Below are positions 27,046 to 34,010 of a stretch of 37,612 nucleotides of DNA, piece by piece. The stretch covers positions 1 through 37,612 of the forward strand of contig CAZGJP010000003.1 in NCBI GenBank assembly GCA_964526605.1. Reading direction: 5' to 3'. Positions within the stretch are counted from its first letter, which is position 1; each line of letters opens with the position of its first letter. The position numbers and the translations under genes were made by a program. Source of the stretch: an uncultured Lentisphaera sp. (GTDB lineage: Bacteria; Verrucomicrobiota; Lentisphaeria; Victivallales; GWF2-50-93). Below the pieces are notes generated by a model. That model worked only from the letters and a program-made list of their open reading frames with translations. It was not told the origin of the DNA and ran no database searches.

Positions 27046-28101
27046 ATGTCAAACATCGGCGGATGGCTTGCAAAATATTTCCACAGTGAACCCGTCAACA
27101 GGCGGGTGGTAGTGGCGATGATGCCCTGCGTTGCAGCGTCGGTGTATTTCTTCGGTTGGCGGAGTCTGGCTCTCGTCATCTGGACAGCCCTTGTGGGTGT
27201 CGTCTCCGAATATGTGTTCACAAGGCGCCGCAACGAGCCGGTCAGCGAGTCGGTTCTCGTGAGCAGCACCATTTTCGCGCTTATAATGCCTCCGTCGGTT
27301 CCCTGGCATGTGGCTGGGATAGGGATTGTCTTTGCCGTGGCGATGGCCAAGCAGGTATTCGGCGGATTTGGCAGGAACATCTTCAATCCCGCAATGTCGG
27401 GCCGCTGTTTTGTCTACATCTGTTTTCCGGTGGCCATGACGGCAGTCTGGCCTGCCCCGGCCGAGGGGACCTGGGGTGCGCTCTCCAGATGGAGCACAGT
27501 GTCGGATGCCGATTCGGTGACTGGCGCCACGCCCATGGCCCATCTTAAGGCCGGCCGCCTGCGCCTGACGGACTCGGTTCCCGGCGAGAGGGTTTCAAAG
27601 ATGCCGTTTGCCATTGAAGATGGCAAGACGGAGGAGTTCTCCCGGGCCGGATTCCATCGCGGATTGCTTGTGGGCAGGGTCGCTGGAACCATGGGGGTCA
27701 CCAGCGTCATCGCCATATTGGTCGGGGGGATCTACCTTTTTGCGACAGGAACTGCAAACAGAGCGATAATATTATCCACCATATTGACTTATGCCCTGCT
27801 CAACGAAGTGCTGTTCCGCTTCGGGGTCAGGCCTGTTCCCGGTGCGCTGACGGCGGTGATGGGCGGAGGCTTCCTTTTTGGCGCGTTTTTCATGGCCACC
27901 GATCCTGTTTCGGCGCCCAAGACGCGTGTGGCGAAAATATTCTTCGGAATGCTCATAGGAACTTTGACTCTGGTCATCAGGAACTTCAGTATTTTCAACG
28001 GGGGTCTGATGTTCTCAATACTCATGGCAAACATGTTCGCTCCCATAATGGACCATGTGGCAAGGCAGTTCGGTGGATGGGGAAGACGCGGGCATAAATA
28101 G
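27046..28101 (+). CDS. nqrB: Na+-translocating NADH:quinone oxidoreductase subunit B
   Basis: 'IFALIMPPSVPWHVAGIGIVFAVAMAKQVFGGFGRNIFNPAMSGRCF', FMN-attachment motif 'SVTGATPM', 'FFMATDPVSAP', 'MANMFAPIMDH'. These are closer to Vibrio NqrB than to RnfD. Start is the ATG at 27046. The 24 extra codons of track ORF 26974 have low third-position GC. Confidence 0.85.
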   Translation: MSNIGGWLAKYFHSEPVNRRVVVAMMPCVAASVYFFGWRSLALVIWTALVGVVSEYVFTRRRNEPVSESVLVSSTIFALIMPPSVPWHVAGIGIVFAVAMAKQVFGGFGRNIFNPAMSGRCFVYICFPVAMTAVWPAPAEGTWGALSRWSTVSDADSVTGATPMAHLKAGRLRLTDSVPGERVSKMPFAIEDGKTEEFSRAGFHRGLLVGRVAGTMGVTSVIAILVGGIYLFATGTANRAIILSTILTYALLNEVLFRFGVRPVPGALTAVMGGGFLFGAFFMATDPVSAPKTRVAKIFFGMLIGTLTLVIRNFSIFNGGLMFSILMANMFAPIMDHVARQFGGWGRRGHK

Positions 28102-28119
28102 GATGGACAAGTAAATAGG

Positions 28120-28788
28120 ATGAACGAGGACATTCAAAAGGAAGCAAAAGGAATAGAGGCTCTCAAGAGCCGGCGCTGGTATCCTGTCGTCTACATGTTC
28201 GTGGCCATGCTCGTTTTCAGCTCGGTGATAATAGGCTTCAGCCGGTATACCGGGAAGCGCGTCAGGATGAACGAGAAAATCGCTCTGGAGAGGGCCGTTC
28301 TGGAGGCGCTGGGAGAGAACGCCACGGAGCTTGCCGGAGCCGAAGTCCACGCCAGATTCACAGAACTGGTGGCCGGATCGGAACATTCCGGCGGGACGGG
28401 AGCCTATACTTTTGTGGAAAACGGCGTGGTCAAGGCGTATGCCGTCCATTTTGCCGGAAAGGGATTCTGGGCCCCGATCAAGGGATTTGTCGGAGTTGCC
28501 GCCGACAGGAGGACGCTGCTGGGAATCGCCTTCTACGAACAGTCGGAGACACCGGGGCTCGGCGCGGAAATAGTAAAACCGGTCTTCCGGAATCAATTCA
28601 TAGGGAGGAGGCTTTCGTCGGATGCAAGGCCTATTGCGTTCAGACGGACCGGCGGGCAGCTCGGGGACAATGAAGTCGAGGCGGTGACCGGCGCCACGCA
28701 GACCTGCACGCGCTTGGAGAAGATAATAAACGATGCGGTGGATGAATGGAGGTTGGAAATAGGAAGCATGGAGAATCGAGATCTGTGA
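28120..28788 (+). CDS. nqrC: Na+-NQR subunit C (FMN-binding)
   Basis: N-terminal TM helix, 'GKGFWAPIKGFVGV', 'ETPGLGAEI', FMN-attachment motif 'AVTGATQT'. Confidence 0.82.
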   Translation: MNEDIQKEAKGIEALKSRRWYPVVYMFVAMLVFSSVIIGFSRYTGKRVRMNEKIALERAVLEALGENATELAGAEVHARFTELVAGSEHSGGTGAYTFVENGVVKAYAVHFAGKGFWAPIKGFVGVAADRRTLLGIAFYEQSETPGLGAEIVKPVFRNQFIGRRLSSDARPIAFRRTGGQLGDNEVEAVTGATQTCTRLEKIINDAVDEWRLEIGSMENRDL

Positions 28789-28876
28789 TTCCGCAGGAAC
28801 GTGGACGGGCATGCCGTGCATGGCCCCGAAACACGCGAAAACAGCGACGTTTTGCAATGAGAGGGATTTTCAGACG

Positions 28877-29488
28877 ATGACAGGCAACGGCAACAGAAAA
28901 CTGATGATCGAGGGATTGTGGAAAAACAATCCCATATTCTGCCAGGTGCTAGGAATATGCAGCACTCTCGCAGTTACGAACTTGGTTCTAAACACAGTTG
29001 TCATGTGCGCCGCGCTGATCTTCACTGTCTCCCTCAGCGCAATGTCGGTGGCGATGTTGCGCTCTTTCACCCCGAAGACGATAAGAATGATGGTGGAGAC
29101 GCTCATCATCGCATTCCATGTGATAATCATCGACATAGTTCTCAAGGCCTATTGGCCGGAAATGAGCAGCAACCTTGGCCCCTATGTCGGACTTGTCATA
29201 ACCAACTGCATCGTGATGGGAAGATGCGAGTCATGCGCGGTGTCGAATCCACCCGGTCTGGCCTTTATTGACGGATTCTGGAACGCTCTCGGATACACAT
29301 TCATCCTGCTGATAATCGCCACGATAAGGGAGGTGCTCGGCATGGGGACTTTGGCAGGAATGGCGGTTCCCTATTTCAGCGGGCCATATTGGGACAAGTG
29401 GATAATCATGGTGATGCCGCCCGGGGCTTTCTTCGTGCTGGCTCTGGTGGTGTGGGCGATGAGGTCAATTCAAAACCGGAAGGCTTAG
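28877..29488 (+). CDS. nqrD: Na+-NQR subunit D
   Basis: 'LWKNNPIFCQVLGICSTLAVT' and a polytopic membrane profile (NqrD/RnfE family). The ATG at 28877 is in frame within track ORF 28811-29488. Confidence 0.85.
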   Translation: MTGNGNRKLMIEGLWKNNPIFCQVLGICSTLAVTNLVLNTVVMCAALIFTVSLSAMSVAMLRSFTPKTIRMMVETLIIAFHVIIIDIVLKAYWPEMSSNLGPYVGLVITNCIVMGRCESCAVSNPPGLAFIDGFWNALGYTFILLIIATIREVLGMGTLAGMAVPYFSGPYWDKWIIMVMPPGAFFVLALVVWAMRSIQNRKA

Positions 29489-29491
29489 CGT

Positions 29492-30094
29492 ATGGATCTT
29501 GAGGTTCAATTCTGGCAGGCCCTGATAGTATGCGTGTCGGCCGTATTCACGCAGAACATGGTGCTCGCTTACTTTCTCGGGCTATGTCCGTTCCTCGGAG
29601 TCTCGCGAGAGATCAAAAGCGCATTCGGCCTCGGACTGGCTGTGATATTCGTGCTGACCAGCACTGTCGCCCTGAACTGGATTGTCTATCACAAGGTGCT
29701 GGTGCCCCTGCATCTCGAGTTCTTCCGCGTCGTCATGTTCATAATAGTCATAGCCGCGTTCGTCCAGCTTGTTGAGATGGTGATAGACAGGTATCTCCCG
29801 GCGCTGTATCAGACCCTTGGCGTCTTCCTGCCGCTGATAACCGTCAACTGCGCCATACTCGGAGCGTCGCTGTTCATGGTCATACGCGACTACAGTTTCA
29901 TCGTGACTGTCGGCTATGGTTTCGGGAGCGGGCTAGGATGGTTTCTCGCCATCGTGGCCATGTCCGGCATCAGGCAGAGGCTGGCTCTCGACCGCATTCC
30001 GCCCGGACTCCAGGGTCCCGGAATATCGCTCATCATAGCCGGGATGATGGCGCTGGCCTTCACGGGCTTCGCCGGAGTGCTCCAGGGAAACTGA
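29492..30094 (+). CDS. nqrE: Na+-NQR subunit E
   Basis: 'FTQNMVLAYFLGLCPFLGVS', 'LGVFLPLITVNCAILG' (NqrE/RnfA family). Starts 3 nt after nqrD. Confidence 0.85.
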   Translation: MDLEVQFWQALIVCVSAVFTQNMVLAYFLGLCPFLGVSREIKSAFGLGLAVIFVLTSTVALNWIVYHKVLVPLHLEFFRVVMFIIVIAAFVQLVEMVIDRYLPALYQTLGVFLPLITVNCAILGASLFMVIRDYSFIVTVGYGFGSGLGWFLAIVAMSGIRQRLALDRIPPGLQGPGISLIIAGMMALAFTGFAGVLQGN

Positions 30095-30137
30095 CGCCAT
30101 CCGGAAAGACTTGCCGCAAGGATGTGGACTGATGGAA

Positions 30138-30187
30138 GAGCCAATTGCAAAACTCCGCGCGGCCACGGGGAGTTTTGCAATTGGCTC
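30138..30187 (+). repeat. perfect 19-bp inverted repeat (stem-loop) in the nqrE-nqrF spacer
   Basis: GAGCCAATTGCAAAACTCC (30138-30156), a 12-nt loop GCGCGGCCACGG, then GGAGTTTTGCAATTGGCTC (30169-30187). The arms are exact reverse complements. No U-tract follows. Confidence 0.8.
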
Positions 30188-30217
30188 GGAAGAAAGACCA
30201 AACTTTGGAAGTGGGAA

Positions 30218-31321
30218 ATGATTAAGGACTTCATGTTTGCCGTATTGATAGTGAGCTCGATAGGAGCGGCGCTGGCCGCCGCACTTGCCTTGTGCGAGAT
30301 CTTCGTCTCGAACTACGGCGACTGCAAGCTGGCTGTCAATGGCAAGAGGGAGATAAAGGTCAAAGGGGGCGGAAACCTCCTCTCCGCACTCGCCTCGGAA
30401 AAGATCTTCATTCCAAGCGCATGCGGAGGGCGCGGATCATGCGGCCTTTGCAAGGTCAGGGTTGTTGAAGGCGGAGGCCAGATCCTGCCCACCGAGGAGC
30501 CATATCTGACTGAGGAGGAAAAGAGGGACGACGTCCGCCTCGCATGCCAGGTCAAGATAAAGAACGACATGCTAATCTCAATTCCGGAGGAGCTGTTCTC
30601 GGTAAGGGAATACAGCTGCAGATGCGCTGAAATCACCGAACTTACGCGCGACATGCGCCTGTTCCGGATGGAGATCGAGAGCCCCCCCGCCATCGACTAT
30701 GTCCCGGGGCAATACATACAGCTTTTAACTCCTCGCTACGGCGACAGATCGGAAGAGGTCTACCGGGCCTATTCAGTGGCCTCTGATCCCGCTGATAGAA
30801 ACGCGATCGAGCTGATCATAAGGCTTGTCCCCGGCGGAATATGCACCACATACTGCTTCGATTTTCTCAAGACTGGCGATCCGGTCAGACTGAATGGCCC
30901 ATATGGCGAATTCAGGCTCAGCGGAACTGACGCCGAAATAATATTCGTCGCAGGAGGCTCAGGGATAGCTCCGATAAGGTGCATGCTTTTCGAGATGAGG
31001 AACAGAAAAATCGCGCGCAAGGCGAGATTCTATTTTGGCGGAAACACGGTAACCGACATCTGCCTCGTCGAGGAAATGAGGAGCTTCGAGAGGGGACTGC
31101 ATGATTTCAGCTTCGTCCCCGTCGTCGCAAATATACGCGATGGCGATAAATGGGAGGGAGAGACAGGGCTCGTCACGGATGTGGTAAGGAGAAACGTGAA
31201 GGATGCCTCGGCATGCGAGGGATATCTGTGCGGAAGCCCGGGGATGATAGACGCGTCCGTGAAGCTGCTCCGCGAGCTCGGAATGCCCGAGGAGAAGATA
31301 TACTACGACAAGTTCGCATAG
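30218..31321 (+). CDS. nqrF: Na+-NQR subunit F (2Fe-2S ferredoxin + FAD/NADH-binding reductase)
   Basis: N-terminal TM helix, 'SACGGRGSCGLCKV' (plant-type 2Fe-2S), 'RAYSVAS' (FAD-binding), 'FVAGGSGIAP' (NAD-binding). The ATG at 30218 is in frame within track ORF 30122-31321. Confidence 0.88.
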   Translation: MIKDFMFAVLIVSSIGAALAAALALCEIFVSNYGDCKLAVNGKREIKVKGGGNLLSALASEKIFIPSACGGRGSCGLCKVRVVEGGGQILPTEEPYLTEEEKRDDVRLACQVKIKNDMLISIPEELFSVREYSCRCAEITELTRDMRLFRMEIESPPAIDYVPGQYIQLLTPRYGDRSEEVYRAYSVASDPADRNAIELIIRLVPGGICTTYCFDFLKTGDPVRLNGPYGEFRLSGTDAEIIFVAGGSGIAPIRCMLFEMRNRKIARKARFYFGGNTVTDICLVEEMRSFERGLHDFSFVPVVANIRDGDKWEGETGLVTDVVRRNVKDASACEGYLCGSPGMIDASVKLLRELGMPEEKIYYDKFA

Positions 31322-31383
31322 GCAAAACCGCCATTGCGTGATGAAAACAGCGGCTTCGCCGCACAGCAGACACAGGTGGAAAG

Positions 31384-31932
31384 ATGAGAAAGGAAAAACA
31401 GGCCGACATCATTCAGGAACTTCTTGCCTCCGGGCGTCTCGTCTCGGGCGGCTTCATGGGCACTGACCAGCGCCACTATCTGGAAATAATCGAAGAGGAC
31501 CAGGCAGAGCTTTCCCGTCTCAACATCACAAGCCACGACCTCGCCGGAAGAATGATGTATGTGACCAGCAAGGCGGTCGTAGGACTGGGGACATGGGTGA
31601 ATATATGCGACGGCCTGGATGCGAAAACCGACGAGGCGAAAGGGGGGATTGTCTGCCCCTGGCCCCATTCCGGAATCTTTGCAAAACGCGTGACGACCGC
31701 CAGGCGGACAGACGACGGCAGAGAGGCCGTATGGAGCGATCTCAGCATTCATTTCATAGAGGAGCACAGCTTCTTCCAGGGAAAGGGTTCCAGATTCCGA
31801 ATCGAGCCGCGTGACCTTGCGGACATCATCCTTTCTCCCCATTTCGGGATCCGGGGGCCTGATTCCGGAGCAAGAGTCCCAAAATCAAGGGAAACGCAAA
31901 ACCTAGGCTCATCAGGCCGCGGTCATATATAA
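31384..31932 (+). CDS. hypothetical protein, 182 aa, no recognised domain
   Basis: ORF 62 nt downstream of nqrF, with AGGTGG about 5 nt upstream of the ATG. Contains 'CPWPHSG' and 'IHFIEEHSFFQGKGSRFRIEP'. I cannot name the family. Confidence 0.55.
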   Translation: MRKEKQADIIQELLASGRLVSGGFMGTDQRHYLEIIEEDQAELSRLNITSHDLAGRMMYVTSKAVVGLGTWVNICDGLDAKTDEAKGGIVCPWPHSGIFAKRVTTARRTDDGREAVWSDLSIHFIEEHSFFQGKGSRFRIEPRDLADIILSPHFGIRGPDSGARVPKSRETQNLGSSGRGHI

Positions 31933-32139
31933 ACGATTTTAGGAACAAAAAACATGGGGTCCAACCCCGCAACCCCCGATTTTCCAAGCATCCCAGCTTG
32001 ATTTAACGCCTCGCCAGACTACTTTTTCTCCATGGTGAAAATCAAAACTCCCATCGCTCATCGGTCTGTTTTTCGACGGAGAGCATTCATCATTGGCTAT
32101 CGGCATCCTGACTTCGCGGATTGTGGTGGAATCAACGCC

Positions 32140-33927
32140 GTGAAAGTTGTTGTGGTTCGCGCGGTGCTGGCAGTGTCGCTCATAGGCTTGTCTTCATTCG
32201 CGGTTTTTGCCGAAACCGGGCGCCCCGCCTCGGCATGGCTTGCCGAGGTGCGGGCAAACTTGGCTCGCCCGGCCGACCCCGGAATGACCGCCCTTCTGCT
32301 TTCGGCGGTGATGACTCCGCCGACCAAATATGCGGGAGTCGACGCTGACTTGGGACTTTTTGAGAGATGGAAATCCGGCACGGGATCGCAGGTCTTGAAA
32401 AAAGTTCTTGCCCGCGAGGCGCTGTCGGAGTCCGAGGAACCCCTCCGGCAATTGGCCGAATACGCGCTGCTCAAAGAAGCCCGCGATGCCGGACTTTCGA
32501 AGCTCAAGCCGAACGAGCCTGCCCCGGCGGGGCAGGAAGCGCTTCGGACATTCTGGCAATCATCCTACGACGATGGCATCGAGTTGTTGCGCCGGGCGTA
32601 TTCCACCGGCCTTCTGAGCGCGGCGGACTTTGCTGTGCTCCGCCGGTATGCAATGGTGGCCGCTCTCATGGGGACCAGCGCCCCATGTGTCCCCTTTGAA
32701 GTGCGTCTGGGCGGGGATTTTGTGGAGGTCGGGAAAACTGCTCCGGATTTCACCTTGGACCGTTTGGATGCATTCGATGTGGCTGCCGCAGTGCAGGCCG
32801 GCAACCCGAACAATGTCTTTGACCATGCCACCGGGTGGGTGCTCATCGAACTGCTCCAAACACTCATGTCCTACGAGCCGGACGGCGATCCGGGCCGGGT
32901 GAAACCCCGGCCGGGTGCCTGGCCGCTCAAAGATCCCGCCACAGCCTTTCGGCTTTCCGATGCATGGAGGAGGAAACCGGTTGTCCTACTCTTTACGCAT
33001 CCCACGGATTTCTGGGCCTACCATTTCACACTCGCCGTGGAATTCGACGCACTCGCCAAAGCGGCCGGTCACCTCGCCGACTTTGTTTTGGTAAACGTGA
33101 GCGTTCATGACACCGTCATGGGTGCCGATGATCCTTTCCCGCCGAAAGGCCGGATTGCCAAGGGAGCCCAGTTCCATCAAAATGCGATCGCATTTCATCC
33201 GACGACCATTGATGAGCGGGTCCGCGCCGCCGGACTCCTTCAACTGGCCCTGCCATTTTTTTCCGTCCCGATGGTGCTCGATGATCTCGGCCAGACAGTC
33301 CGGAATTCCTACCGGGAACGCGGGGGCGAGGCCACCATGGTGGTCGTGGACCACGATGGGAAGGTGGTCTGGCGCGACCGGTGCGATGCCGTGCCGAAGA
33401 CCCACTTTTACAAGGAATTCCGGTGGCAGCGCCTGCACGCTCTTGCCGCGCGCCTCGCCGACCTCTCCGCCGCCGGCGGCCGGCACCCTTCACCTTCCCG
33501 ATGGTCGCCGCCGGAACTGTGGAAGCCAGGACAGATGGAAATCGGAGGAGACGGACCTGGAGCCTCCCCGGCCAGTGCGCGGACCAGCCTGACGGTGGGT
33601 GGGTCCGTCAAGTCGTCAGCCAACGGGCGCGTGGTGTTGGAGGATCCAGATGCTTTCGGTCCCGGTCTGGCCCTCTGGGAAAGTTTGTCTTCCAGCCAGC
33701 CAGTCAGCGTGGAATCAAAAGCCCGGCTGGAAGCGCTCCGCGCATGGAAGTCCGGGGGGATACCCCACGACTTCCGTGTCCTGGACAGCTCCTTCGTGAT
33801 TCGTAATGGCAGGGTGGCCATGGCCTCGGAACTCCGCGCCGGCGACCGGGTCGGACTCCGCACGCGGGCGGACTGGTCTGGCTACAGACCGGTGCCTGTG
33901 GACATGGTTTTTGCCTTCGGCGAATGA
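32140..33927 (+). CDS. secreted protein with a peroxiredoxin/redoxin-fold domain lacking the catalytic cysteine
   Basis: Signal-like 'VKVVVVRAVLAVSLIGLSSFAVFA' begins at the GTG at 32140 (track ORF starts at 32032). 'VGKTAPDFTLD' and 'RRKPVVLLFTHPTDFWAYHFTLAVEFDAL' align with the AhpC/TSA motif 'VVLFFYPLDFTFVCPTE'. His (33022-33024) occupies the peroxidatic Cys position. Confidence 0.6.
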   Translation: MKVVVVRAVLAVSLIGLSSFAVFAETGRPASAWLAEVRANLARPADPGMTALLLSAVMTPPTKYAGVDADLGLFERWKSGTGSQVLKKVLAREALSESEEPLRQLAEYALLKEARDAGLSKLKPNEPAPAGQEALRTFWQSSYDDGIELLRRAYSTGLLSAADFAVLRRYAMVAALMGTSAPCVPFEVRLGGDFVEVGKTAPDFTLDRLDAFDVAAAVQAGNPNNVFDHATGWVLIELLQTLMSYEPDGDPGRVKPRPGAWPLKDPATAFRLSDAWRRKPVVLLFTHPTDFWAYHFTLAVEFDALAKAAGHLADFVLVNVSVHDTVMGADDPFPPKGRIAKGAQFHQNAIAFHPTTIDERVRAAGLLQLALPFFSVPMVLDDLGQTVRNSYRERGGEATMVVVDHDGKVVWRDRCDAVPKTHFYKEFRWQRLHALAARLADLSAAGGRHPSPSRWSPPELWKPGQMEIGGDGPGASPASARTSLTVGGSVKSSANGRVVLEDPDAFGPGLALWESLSSSQPVSVESKARLEALRAWKSGGIPHDFRVLDSSFVIRNGRVAMASELRAGDRVGLRTRADWSGYRPVPVDMVFAFGE

Positions 33928-34010
33928 ATGGGAAATCGGTGTCATTCTGATTATCATATTGACACATAGTTGTGGATCCCAGGGTCAGACCAGGAACCCC
34001 CGAAATTCTG

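Noticed and set aside
26787-27089. 100-codon ORF (MIHDESQNSC...) in the fabI-nqrB intergenic region, which overlaps the nqrB start.
   Set aside because: It starts with TTG, has no SD, has low GC and low third-position GC unlike the real genes here, and has no recognisable motif. It is more likely a non-coding leader. It is flagged only as part of the long-leader finding.
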